A stretch of DNA of 64,000 nucleotides from Alphaproteobacteria bacterium. GTDB lineage: Bacteria; Pseudomonadota; Alphaproteobacteria; UBA7887. Positions 50,564 to 59,912 of this stretch are shown one piece after another (within the stretch, counting starts at the first letter, position 1; each line of letters starts with the position of its first letter). The stretch covers positions 2,688,001-2,752,000 of the forward strand of contig CBDCGL010000011.1 in the NCBI GenBank assembly GCA_965216755.1, read 5' to 3'. The notes below the pieces were generated by a model. It had not been told where the DNA came from. It ran no database searches and saw nothing but the letters and a program-made list of their open reading frames with translations. Made by a program: the position numbers and the translations under genes.

Positions 50564-50731
50564 CACGTTGGCTCCCTTTTCCGATCGCACCACGGTTCCG
50601 TGGGACTATATCATGCGCGCAGATCTCGGTTGCCAAGTCCAATCCGGCACAACAGGTCTTCGTAGCGCGGATCGGATCGCAACGGGTCGAAAACAGGCGC
50701 GGAACGCAACCGAATCAAACACCAACGACCG

Positions 50732-50866
50732 GGTTACGGTGTTACGGTGGTTACGGTGACAGTTTACTAATTACACTAGATATTGTGCCATTGATACCAA
50801 ATGGTCCATATATAGTGTAATTAGTAAACTGTCACCGTAACATCGTAACCTAGTAAACTGTCACCG
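50732..50866. repeat. Palindromic REP/MITE-like element, copy 2
   Basis: Perfect 29-bp IR 50750-50778 / 50813-50841, 34-nt loop, GTTACGGTG unit three times on the left, extra partial arm TAGTAAACTGTCACCG at 50851-50866. Confidence 0.85.
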
Positions 50867-50895
50867 CATACCGTATTCAACCATGGAGGCAACCG

Positions 50896-52197
50896 ATGAC
50901 CAACGCAGCCTTGTCGCCACATATCCTCCGGCCGGAGGACGCCGATCCGCATTGGCAATGGGACCGACGCATTCCGGCTCTCGGCCATACGTCGGTGGAC
51001 TTTGAGCACAGAGTCGATTTTGATCGCCTTCGGCGCTATCGCTTGAGCCGCGCCCGGGCCGCTTTGAAAAACTCCGATTGTGGCGCGTTGCTGTTGTTCG
51101 ACGTGAACAACATCCGCTATGTCTCCGCGACAAAAATCGGTGAATGGGAACGCGACAAGCTGTGTCGCTTTTGCCTGCTGGCCGGCGACAACGAACCCAT
51201 CGTCTGGGATTTTGGCTCGGCGGCGGTACACCATCGGTTTTATTGCGATTGGCTGCCCGATGATTGCTGTCGCGCCGGGGTCGTCGGCATGCGCGGCACC
51301 ATCCCGCCGTCTTTCGGCCTGATGAAGCGCTACGCCGACGAAATCATGTCGCTGCTGCGCGAGGCCGGTGTCGCGGACATGCCGGTCGGCGTCGACCTGG
51401 CGGAAACGGCCATGTTTTTCGAGCTGCAGTCGGCCGGCATGCGCGTTGTTGACGGACAACAGATCATGCTGGACGCGCGCGAAATCAAAAACATCGACGA
51501 AATCCAATTGCTCAATCAGGCGGCGTCGATGGTCGATGGCGTCTATCACATGATTTCGGAAGAGCTGAAACCGGGCGTACGCGAATCGGATATCGTCGCA
51601 ATGTCCAACAAAATGCTCTACGAGATGGGCTCCGACGATGTCGAGGCGATCAACGCCATCTCGGGCGAGCGCTGCAATCCGCATCCACACAACTTCACCG
51701 ATCGGATTATCCGGCCGGGCGACCAGGCATTTTTCGATATCTTGCAGTCCTATGTCGGCTATCGCACCTGCTACTACCGCACGTTCAATGTTGGCAAGGC
51801 CACCCCATCGCAGACCGATGCCTATACCAAGGCACGGGAGTGGCTCGACCATTCCATTGAAATGATCAAGCCCGGCGTTGGCACCGATCAAGTCGCCGCC
51901 GTGTGGCCGGCGGCCGAAGAATTCGGTTTTCCCGATGAACTCTCAGCCTTTGGGCTTCAATTCGGCCATGGTCTCGGCCTGTCGCTTCACGAGCGGCCGA
52001 TCATATCGCGCGTGGTCTCGCTGGAGCACCCGATGGAAATCAAGACCGGCATGGTCTTTGCGTTGGAAACGTTTTGTCCGGCAAGTGATGGCTATTCCGC
52101 GGCCCGGATCGAGGAGGAAGTCGTGGTCACCGACAAGGGCTGTGAAGTGATCACGCTGTTCCCGGCGCAAGAGCTGCCGATCGCGAACCCTTACTAG
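50896..52197 (+). CDS. M24 (Xaa-Pro peptidase/creatinase fold) family protein
   Basis: FDVNNIRY, HPH, GHGLGL..HE.P, FALET, RIEEEVVVT; RBS GGAGG. Confidence 0.9.
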   Translation: MTNAALSPHILRPEDADPHWQWDRRIPALGHTSVDFEHRVDFDRLRRYRLSRARAALKNSDCGALLLFDVNNIRYVSATKIGEWERDKLCRFCLLAGDNEPIVWDFGSAAVHHRFYCDWLPDDCCRAGVVGMRGTIPPSFGLMKRYADEIMSLLREAGVADMPVGVDLAETAMFFELQSAGMRVVDGQQIMLDAREIKNIDEIQLLNQAASMVDGVYHMISEELKPGVRESDIVAMSNKMLYEMGSDDVEAINAISGERCNPHPHNFTDRIIRPGDQAFFDILQSYVGYRTCYYRTFNVGKATPSQTDAYTKAREWLDHSIEMIKPGVGTDQVAAVWPAAEEFGFPDELSAFGLQFGHGLGLSLHERPIISRVVSLEHPMEIKTGMVFALETFCPASDGYSAARIEEEVVVTDKGCEVITLFPAQELPIANPY

Positions 52198-52276
52198 AGC
52201 ACTCTCCGACCATATTGAATCAATGCTGTTTGCGGTCCGGCGTGGCGTTGCGGCGATGTGCCATTGCGCCGCGCCG

Positions 52277-53503
52277 TCACCCGGCGCGGGCTGCATCGAG
52301 CATTTGGCCGGCGAGTGCGGTCTCACCGAGGACCGTGCCCGGCACGCTGCGACCAAAGCCAAATGCATCGCCGTCGGCGGCGTCGCGGTCGGCGACCAGC
52401 ACACGGCCAAGCGCGCGACCACGTTCGACCATGGCCCGCCCGGCCGCCAGGCGCGCCGCGCCCCAGCCAGTGATGGCGCTGTCAATATCGTCGCCGGTGG
52501 CGGCAAACGCGTTGGCCAAAGCGATGGCGTCCTCCGCCGCCTTGGTCACGCCATAGCCGGTGTGGGGGCGCGCGACGAATGCGGCATCACCCAACAGCAG
52601 GGCGCGGTCAAACACGATCTCGGGGCATTGTAGATCGAATATTGCCTGCAAGAACGGGTGCTCAATGTGCGCGGCGAGCTCCGCATGGGGCGGCGCCAGT
52701 CGGCGTGCCGCATCAGCGCGCATGGTGGCGACGACCTCAGCGCGCATGCTCTTGGGCGGCACCGAAACCGCGCGGCGGCGTCCGTCGCGATCGGTGAGCA
52801 GCGCATCTTGCTCAGCCGGCGCACGCGCTTGGCGGTACCACACCCAGTTCAGCCGGCGCGCAGCCGGATCGGCGTCGCCCCCCTCGCCCGCCACCGGATA
52901 GCTCAGCGACTGTTCGCCCGGCGGCAGGCAAAACACGATATGCCGGCCCAGCGCGGCACGGGTGTCGGCGCTCGCCTGGGCCTCGGGCACCATGCCCCGC
53001 CAAGCGACATAGCCGGCGTAGTCGGGGCCGACATCCGGCAACAGGCACTCGCGCACTTCCGATCCGACACCGTCCGCGCCGACCAGCAAATCGGCGGTCT
53101 CACGCCGACCATCATCGAAGGTTGCCGTCACCTGGCCGCCCGACTGTTCGAGGTCACGAAAGCGCGCGCCACGGTGGTAAGCGCTATCCGGCAACGCGGC
53201 CCGCAAATGGCGAAACAGCAAGTCCCACGACGTGACCCGCTGGGTGAGGTCTTTGCCATCGACCACGCGCCCCTCACGGTCGAGCACCTTCCGGCCAACC
53301 AAGGTAACCGGCAACGCGGCATCGGCGTCGACGCCGGCGGTGGTGAGCGCGTCGATCAATTCCGGGTGCGCGGCGATCCCCGCGCCACGGCTTTCCAGCG
53401 CGTCCGCCGAGCGTTCGAACACATCCACTTGCCAGCGCTGTTGGCGCAACAGCAGCGCGGTGAACAGACCGGCCACGGAGCCGCCGATGATTAGCGCACG
53501 CAT
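52277..53503 (-). CDS. FAD-dependent monooxygenase, 2,6-dihydroxypyridine 3-hydroxylase-like
   Basis: IIGGSVAGL, FERS, GADG..S.VR, YAGYVAWRG, LNWVWY, LGDAAFVARPH. Confidence 0.87.
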   Translation of the reverse strand: MRALIIGGSVAGLFTALLLRQQRWQVDVFERSADALESRGAGIAAHPELIDALTTAGVDADAALPVTLVGRKVLDREGRVVDGKDLTQRVTSWDLLFRHLRAALPDSAYHRGARFRDLEQSGGQVTATFDDGRRETADLLVGADGVGSEVRECLLPDVGPDYAGYVAWRGMVPEAQASADTRAALGRHIVFCLPPGEQSLSYPVAGEGGDADPAARRLNWVWYRQARAPAEQDALLTDRDGRRRAVSVPPKSMRAEVVATMRADAARRLAPPHAELAAHIEHPFLQAIFDLQCPEIVFDRALLLGDAAFVARPHTGYGVTKAAEDAIALANAFAATGDDIDSAITGWGAARLAAGRAMVERGRALGRVLVADRDAADGDAFGFGRSVPGTVLGETALAGQMLDAARAG

Positions 53504-53546
53504 CGTCCACTCCTTCTCGTCCTGATAGATCCCAAAGCCATCCCGC

Positions 53547-54278
53547 TCAGGCTCCCAAATAGTACCGCTTGACCAAGTCGCTATCACGCAGCGCGGCGGC
53601 GCTTTCCGCCACATGGGCGATTCGCCCATGCACGATAATCGCGCCGCGATCGGCGATGCGAATGGCCTGATTGAAATTCTGCTCGGCCATCAAAACGGTC
53701 AGGCCGTGACGGTCGCGCAAATCGCCAATCATGGTGATAATCCGGCTGGTCAGCAGCGGTGATAGCCCGACCGACGGTTCATCCACCACCAGCAATTGGG
53801 GGCAGGTCATCAGCGCCCGTGCCAGCGCCAGCATTTGCTGCTCGCCGCCGCTCATGCTGCCGGCGCGTTGGCTGCGACGCTGGGCGAGCACGGGAAACAC
53901 CGAAAAGCAAAAGTCCAGAGATTCGGTCAAGCGCGCCCGCGCCTGCGGACGGTAGGCGCCAAGCATCAGCGTCTCCTCGACCGTCATGTCCGGAAACAGT
54001 CGCCGGCCCTCTGGCACCAACGCAACGCCAAGATCGACGATCGCCTCGGGTTTTTTGCCGACAAGGTCGATGCGCATGCCGTCGCGATCCAGCCAGATCC
54101 GGCCGGCCGAGGGTCTGAGCAAACCGGTGACGCACTTGAGCAGCGTACTCTTGCCGTTGCCGTTGGCGCCGAGCAGAGCCAGCGTTTCGCCGGTGCCGAC
54201 CGTGAGGCTCACCCCGTGCAGCACGCCGATCCGGCCATAGCCGGCTTCGATGCCATCAATGGTCAGGCTAATCGCCAA
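53547..54278 (-). CDS. Branched-chain amino acid-type ABC transporter ATPase (LivF-like)
   Basis: GANGNGKST, VPEGRRLF, MSGGEQQM, DEPSVGL. Confidence 0.93.
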   Translation of the reverse strand: MAISLTIDGIEAGYGRIGVLHGVSLTVGTGETLALLGANGNGKSTLLKCVTGLLRPSAGRIWLDRDGMRIDLVGKKPEAIVDLGVALVPEGRRLFPDMTVEETLMLGAYRPQARARLTESLDFCFSVFPVLAQRRSQRAGSMSGGEQQMLALARALMTCPQLLVVDEPSVGLSPLLTSRIITMIGDLRDRHGLTVLMAEQNFNQAIRIADRGAIIVHGRIAHVAESAAALRDSDLVKRYYLGA

Positions 54279-54981
54279 GGTAGGCCCTTTCCACTTCTCG
54301 ATTGCGCATGATTTCGTCCGGCGTGCCCTCGGCGATCAAGTTCCCGGCATCAAGCACGACAATGCGTTCGCAGAACCCCATAACCGCGCGCATGATGTGT
54401 TCGATCATGATCACCGCGATGCCGCGCGCGCAGATATCGTGAAGCAAAGCCACGATCTCGTCGATCTCGTGCGCGGAAAGGCCGGCCATCGCTTCGTCAG
54501 AAACCAACAGGCGTGGTCCGGCAGCGAGGGCGCGCGCGAGTTCGAGCTTGCGCAGCTCAATTTGATTGAGCGTGCTTGCGGGCTCATCCGCTTTCATCGA
54601 CAGCCCGACTTGCGCCAATATCCGTTGTGACTCGCCGGTGGCATCGGTATGGCGGCGCGCGTAATCGAGCGGGATGCGCAGATTCTCCGCCACCGTCATG
54701 GTCGCAAACGGGCGCGGAATCTGGAAACTGCGGGCAATGCCGAGCCGCGTGCGCTGGTGCGCCGGCACGCCGCCAATGTCACGCCCGGCAAAAATGATGC
54801 GACCACCATCGTGGCGCAGCAAGCCCGAGACACAGTTGATCAACGTTGTCTTGCCTGAACCGTTGGGGCCGATCAATCCCAGCCGTTCGCCTTCGGCCAC
54901 GACCAGCGTAATGTCACGCAGGGCGACAAAACCGCCAAAGCGCTTGCCGACCCCGTCGACGCTGAGCAGCGGCGCGGTCAT
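54268..54981 (-). CDS. ABC transporter ATPase (LivG-like)
   Basis: GPNGSGKTT, ARSFQ, LELARALA, IEHIM, AYLG. Confidence 0.93.
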   Translation of the reverse strand: MTAPLLSVDGVGKRFGGFVALRDITLVVAEGERLGLIGPNGSGKTTLINCVSGLLRHDGGRIIFAGRDIGGVPAHQRTRLGIARSFQIPRPFATMTVAENLRIPLDYARRHTDATGESQRILAQVGLSMKADEPASTLNQIELRKLELARALAAGPRLLVSDEAMAGLSAHEIDEIVALLHDICARGIAVIMIEHIMRAVMGFCERIVVLDAGNLIAEGTPDEIMRNREVERAYLGD

Positions 54982-55931
54982 CGCCCGCGAATCCGGGTCG
55001 CGAGGGTTCGCCATAGACTGACCAAGCCGCCCGGCGCGGCGATCACGAACGCCACCAGCGTCACGCCGACAATCAGCAGATTGAGTTCGGACGAAATGGT
55101 CACGGTCGCCACCTGTTGCAGGGTCGCGAGCAACAGGGCGCCGACCACCGGGCCGAACCAGGTCCCTGCCCCGCCAACCATCGGCATGGCCACGGCGTTG
55201 ACGGCGATATCCAGGCTGAAGACTGAGGGCGGGTCGACGAACGTAATGTAATAAGGAAACGGCGCGCCCGCGAGCCCCATCAGCGCGCCGCTGATGGTCG
55301 TGGCGATCAGTTTCAGGCGAAGTGTCGGCACGCCCGCGCATTCCGCCGCCTGTTCGTCGTCGCGGATCGCGGCGAGGCCGCGACCCAGGCGCGAATGCTC
55401 GATGGTGCGCGCGCACACCACAGCACCCACCGCCAGGATCAGCATCAGCCAGAACAGGAAGGTCACGTAACTGGCAAAGCCCGGCACGGTCTGCGGCCTG
55501 AGCACGAAGCTTCCAGCGGCGCCGCCGACAAAGTCCCAATTGGCGATCAGCGTTTCCAGCACCAGCGCCAGCGCCAACGTCGCGATGGCGAAGTAGACGT
55601 TGCGCAGGCGCAAGGTCAGATAACCGGTGCCGAGCCCGATCAGGCCAGCTACCACGCCGGCGGCCGGCACGGTCACCAGTAGGGGCAATTCCGCCAGCTT
55701 CATCAGCGCGATGGTGGTATAGGCGCCGGCGGCGAAGAACGCCGCGCTACCGAAATTGACGTAACCGGCATAACCGCCCAGGATGTTCCAGGCCGTGGCG
55801 ATGACCACAAACTGCAAAATCACATAGCCAGCAAAGAAATAATATTCGTTGCCGATCAGGTGACAAAGGCCGTAGCCGGCGGCAATCACCGCCAGGGCCG
55901 CACCCGCGAAGGCGGCACGGCCTAGCTCCAT
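54978..55931 (-). CDS. ABC transporter permease (LivM-like)
   Basis: WNILGGYAGYVNFG, LRLR..YFAIATLA, AIRDDE.AA. Confidence 0.92.
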   Translation of the reverse strand: MELGRAAFAGAALAVIAAGYGLCHLIGNEYYFFAGYVILQFVVIATAWNILGGYAGYVNFGSAAFFAAGAYTTIALMKLAELPLLVTVPAAGVVAGLIGLGTGYLTLRLRNVYFAIATLALALVLETLIANWDFVGGAAGSFVLRPQTVPGFASYVTFLFWLMLILAVGAVVCARTIEHSRLGRGLAAIRDDEQAAECAGVPTLRLKLIATTISGALMGLAGAPFPYYITFVDPPSVFSLDIAVNAVAMPMVGGAGTWFGPVVGALLLATLQQVATVTISSELNLLIVGVTLVAFVIAAPGGLVSLWRTLATRIRGR

Positions 55932-56803
55932 CGTCCCGCCAGTCCCGAGGGCCGCACCGCAAGCGCGATCAGCAAAAATCCGAACACCACCGCCGGCGCC
56001 CATGACGGTCCGTAGAATGTCGCCGTCAAGCTTTCGACGACGCCAAGCGCGAGCGCGGCGAACAGCGTGCCGGCGACGCTGCCCATGCCGCCGAGCACCA
56101 CGATCGCGAACACCCGTCCGATATAACCGCGCCCGATCGACGGTTCGACCGGGCCAATCACGATGAGTAGGGCACCAGCAATGCTGGCCGTGGCAAGGGC
56201 CAAACCGAAGGCAAGCCTGCGAATGCGCTGCGGATCGGCGGCGACGAGTTGCAAGGCGACCGGGTCCTGGGCGACGGCGCGGATGGCGCGGCCGAAAAAC
56301 GTCCGCGTCAGCAACAGATGCAGCCCGCCGACCAGCACCAACGCCACCGCGAACGGCACCAGCATGCGCAGCGGCAAGACGACGCCGGCGATCTCGAATG
56401 TGGCACCGATATAGGGCGCCGAAACCAAACGGTAGTCGACGCCGTAGGCCAGGATCAGGCCAACCTCGACAATGAACATCAGGCCGAAGAAAAATGCGAG
56501 GCCGCGCAACGAATCCGCCTCGCGTGCCTCAAAGACCGCGTGATAGGCGGCATAGAGCAGGACGCCGCCAACGAAGAACAGCGGCGCCATGAGCAAGCCG
56601 GCCGCAATGGGGTCAAGCCCCAGGCTGGCGCTGACAGCAAAAGCGAGATAGGCGCCCAAGATGACAAACGCCGGATGGGCGATGTTGACAATGTTCAAAT
56701 AGCCGAACGCAAGCGTCAGGCCAAGCGTTACGGCGGCATAGAAACCGCCGAGCATCAACCCGGAGGCAATCGCGGCGGGCAGAAGCTCGGCCATCGGCCG
56801 CAA
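55922..56803 (-). CDS. ABC transporter permease (LivH-like)
   Basis: GLTLAFG.LNIVNIAH, GRAIRAVAQD, VVLGGMGS, RPSGL. Confidence 0.92.
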   Translation of the reverse strand: MRPMAELLPAAIASGLMLGGFYAAVTLGLTLAFGYLNIVNIAHPAFVILGAYLAFAVSASLGLDPIAAGLLMAPLFFVGGVLLYAAYHAVFEAREADSLRGLAFFFGLMFIVEVGLILAYGVDYRLVSAPYIGATFEIAGVVLPLRMLVPFAVALVLVGGLHLLLTRTFFGRAIRAVAQDPVALQLVAADPQRIRRLAFGLALATASIAGALLIVIGPVEPSIGRGYIGRVFAIVVLGGMGSVAGTLFAALALGVVESLTATFYGPSWAPAVVFGFLLIALAVRPSGLAGRWS

Positions 56804-56806
56804 TGA

Positions 56807-58063
56807 TTACTGGCGCGCGGCAGCAAACGGCGCGATCAATTCGCCCGATTTCCAGGCGGGCGGATCAAGAACAACACGCGTGCCCTCGCGCGAAAACGGC
56901 GCCAGACCTGATTCGGTGATCCCCTGAAACTGAACGATTAGCACGCGACCTTCGCGCCATTCGCCGTCGTCGCCAAACCGAATCGTACCGACCACGGTGT
57001 CGAATGTATTGGCGTGTATATATTCCGCCAGCGCCTTCTGGTCGAGGCCACCGGTGCCTTCCACGGCGGCCGCCAATACTTGCATATAGGCATAGGCAAA
57101 TGGCGGCAGATAGTAGCCCAGCGGATCAACCTCGCCGCCAGCGGCGGCCGCTTGATATTTTTCCAGAAACGCATCGATACCGGGAAAATTGAGAGTCGGC
57201 GCCGGCACCCAAAAATCATAGTTGACGAATCCGTTGAGCATCGGCCCAAGGGCTTCCATCAGCGTCGCATATTGCAGCCCCACCATGCCACCACCGATCT
57301 GCCGCACATCCAGGCCAAGCTCAGCGACCGTGCGCACGATTCCGGCTGAATCTGGCGGATAGGACGCTACGTAAACCACCTCGGCGCCCGAGGCTTGGAT
57401 GGCGCGGATGATCGGCGTGAAGTCGACCGTGCTGGGCGGATAGGTGTCGTCATAGACGATCTCAAGGCCGGCGGCCTCGGCGTTGACACGCGCGCCGATC
57501 AAAGCATTGCGCGGGAACTCGGCATCGGCGCCAACCAGAGCCACGGTTTGCGGCTGCGGGTCCATGGCCATGGCGACGTCGAAGAAGCCTCGCGACCAAC
57601 CAATGCGCGGCTCCGGTCCCGCCGGCATGATCTGGAAATAGCGGTCGTAGCCGAACTCTTCGTTGGCGGCGAGACCGAACAACGACATGAAAACATGACC
57701 GTAGTTCATGGCGATCGGCATGGCCGGCGCAATGGTCGCGGTGCCGTAGCCGGAAACGATCAGATCGACACGGTCAACGTTGATCAGCTTGGTATAGATC
57801 GCCGGCACCTTGGACGGGCTGGTCTGGTCGTCGTAGTAGACCAGCTCCACCGGCCGGCCGAGCAGACCGCCGGCCGCGTTCACATCTTCGGTCCAAATAT
57901 TCATGGCAATCAACGCGGCATTGCCGGCACCGGCCAGTGCGCCGGTTTGTGCCATGCCGAAGCCAATCTTGATCGGGTCCTGCGCGGGCGCTGGCGTTAC
58001 CGCCGCGAAAACCGACGTCCAAACCGCAACTGCCGCCAAAATGAGCCGTGAACGTATCCCCAT
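56807..58063 (-). CDS. ABC transporter substrate-binding protein (LivJ-like)
   Basis: Signal peptide, PIKIG, NAAGGLLGRPVELVYYDD, FDTVVG.I.F. Confidence 0.92.
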   Translation of the reverse strand: MGIRSRLILAAVAVWTSVFAAVTPAPAQDPIKIGFGMAQTGALAGAGNAALIAMNIWTEDVNAAGGLLGRPVELVYYDDQTSPSKVPAIYTKLINVDRVDLIVSGYGTATIAPAMPIAMNYGHVFMSLFGLAANEEFGYDRYFQIMPAGPEPRIGWSRGFFDVAMAMDPQPQTVALVGADAEFPRNALIGARVNAEAAGLEIVYDDTYPPSTVDFTPIIRAIQASGAEVVYVASYPPDSAGIVRTVAELGLDVRQIGGGMVGLQYATLMEALGPMLNGFVNYDFWVPAPTLNFPGIDAFLEKYQAAAAGGEVDPLGYYLPPFAYAYMQVLAAAVEGTGGLDQKALAEYIHANTFDTVVGTIRFGDDGEWREGRVLIVQFQGITESGLAPFSREGTRVVLDPPAWKSGELIAPFAAARQ

Positions 58064-58109
58064 GACGCGATCCTCCCCTGGTTCTGCCCGCTTTAACGGT
58101 AAGCATAGT

Positions 58110-59039
58110 CTAGCTCGCCGGGCGCTCCAAACCGGTGGCGTCGGCGGTTGCCACCAGACCGGCGTCCTCCGATACCGCCTGGTCGAGCGCGGCCCAGTCA
58201 AGCTCACCATGGCCCTTGGCCACCGATGCCATGAGCCGGTCTCGCACCAAGCTCGCGATCGGCATCGGCACGCCGAGGGCGTGGGCGGCCTCCAGCGCAA
58301 GGGTCACGTCCTTCAAGCCAAGGACCAGGCGAAAGCCCGCGGGCGTGAAGCGACGTCGCGCAATGGCATCGCCATAGCCCTTGTAGACCGGGCAATCGAA
58401 CAGCGAACTCGCCAGCAGTTCAATAAACGCGACACGGTCGATGCCGCTTTTCTCCACGAATGCGCACGACTCGGCCATGGTCTCGATCGCCGAGGCGATC
58501 ATCGCGTTGCCGGCCAGCTTGACCGCGTTGGCGGTGCCCGGTGCCTCGCCGAAATCCGTGACGCCACGGCTGAACGCGGGAAACAGGTCGGCCAGCCGTT
58601 GTTTCGGTGCCAACTCGCCCGACAATGCGATGCGCAATTGTCCGGCCGCGGCTATCGGCGGGCGGCCGAATACGGGCGCGCACAAATAGTGGCCGCCGGC
58701 ATCTTTGTGCAGGGCGTGCATGCGGCGCCCGGTGGCGACCGCCACCGTGCTCATCGACACATGGACGCCGCCCACGCCGAGGTGGGCGAGGATTCCGTCG
58801 GGTCCTGAGGTCACCGCGTCCAGCGCTTTGTCGTCGCTCAAAATGCTGAACACGACGCCGCCCGGCGGCGTCGCCGCGCCAGGGGTTTCGGCGACCTTTG
58901 CACCGGCCGCGGCAAGCGGTTCCGTTTTGTCGGGCGTGCGGTTGTACACAGTCACCTGGTGGCCGGCATCGACCAACCGCTGGGCGATGCCCCGGCCCAT
59001 ATTGCCGAGACCGATGAATCCGACCGTTTCGCCCATCAT
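58110..59039 (-). CDS. NAD(P)-dependent beta-hydroxyacid dehydrogenase family protein
   Basis: GFIGLGNMG, YNRT, SMST, APVFGRP, KLAGN, KDV. Confidence 0.92.
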   Translation of the reverse strand: MMGETVGFIGLGNMGRGIAQRLVDAGHQVTVYNRTPDKTEPLAAAGAKVAETPGAATPPGGVVFSILSDDKALDAVTSGPDGILAHLGVGGVHVSMSTVAVATGRRMHALHKDAGGHYLCAPVFGRPPIAAAGQLRIALSGELAPKQRLADLFPAFSRGVTDFGEAPGTANAVKLAGNAMIASAIETMAESCAFVEKSGIDRVAFIELLASSLFDCPVYKGYGDAIARRRFTPAGFRLVLGLKDVTLALEAAHALGVPMPIASLVRDRLMASVAKGHGELDWAALDQAVSEDAGLVATADATGLERPAS

Positions 59040-59426
59040 GTTCCTCCCTTTTTTGACCCAGTTCCCGGCTGGCGCTGTGGCGGGTCAGACACCCGCGGCC
59101 AACCCCCTGCATCCCGGCATGGCGCCCAAGCACAACGATCATACGAGATACCGATTGTTTGCGCCGCCCATTTGGCCGGTGCCCGACTTCCGGAATTGGC
59201 CAACCTCGACTGTCGCGCGCGCAGCCGCGCGTGTTTCCGTATCGGCCCTTGTGGGCCGAACCCGTCATCAGTGCGCGCGGACCAAAGTCACGCAAGCGAA
59301 CCCAATAGTTTACATCAAGCTATCAAAGATGCGCGGAGGCAACAAAGTGGCGCCGGCCACGTCAGACGATCGAGCCCAACCTCGTTCGGGCATCCATTGA
59401 ATCTGTTGACCGGGATGATTCGCGGT

Positions 59427-59780
59427 TTAGCGTTTTGCCAAACGTGATCTCTTGCCCGGGTTCACGTCATTCTCCTGGGTTCCCCAGTCATGGAGCGCCT
59501 TCAAAACCGGACCCAAACGCTGCCCCTTGGCGGTCAACATATATTTTGCACGGGGCGGATAATCCGAATACAGCCGCCGCTTAACAATGCCATTTTGCTC
59601 AAGGGATTTGAGCCGCGCCGAAAGCGTGGTGGGCGTGATTGTCTCAAGTGATTCAAGGAAATCCTGGAATCGCCGCGGCCCGTCTCTGAACAGATCACGC
59701 AAAACGAGTAAGGCCCAACGCTCACCGACCACATCGAGTGCCCGCGCAATAGGGCACCGCAGACCATATCCCTTCGTCAT
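59427..59780 (-). CDS. HxlR family winged-helix transcriptional regulator
   Basis: CPIARALDVVGERWALLVLRDL..G.RRF, LSARLKSLE, PPR..Y.LT.KG. Confidence 0.92.
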   Translation of the reverse strand: MTKGYGLRCPIARALDVVGERWALLVLRDLFRDGPRRFQDFLESLETITPTTLSARLKSLEQNGIVKRRLYSDYPPRAKYMLTAKGQRLGPVLKALHDWGTQENDVNPGKRSRLAKR

Positions 59781-59912
59781 GCAGAACCTATACGACTTTG
59801 CCTAGTATTCGACAATAGACTACGATTTATATACTTAATCGATTTGATGGAGTAAGGTGCGGTTCGCGCGAGACGAGACCGCCTCCATTACCAACCAGCG
59901 GGGATCGTTATT

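Noticed and set aside
5513-50866. The two hairpin elements as a CRISPR array (repeat plus 34-42 nt spacer)
   Set aside because: The repeats are inverted rather than direct, there is one spacer per locus, the loci are 45 kb apart, and no cas genes are in the window
52195-52228. TAGAGCA...TGCT at the M24 stop, with CTCTCCGACC shared with about 45271
   Set aside because: Could be a decayed alphaproteobacterial palindromic repeat, but it is too short and degenerate to support
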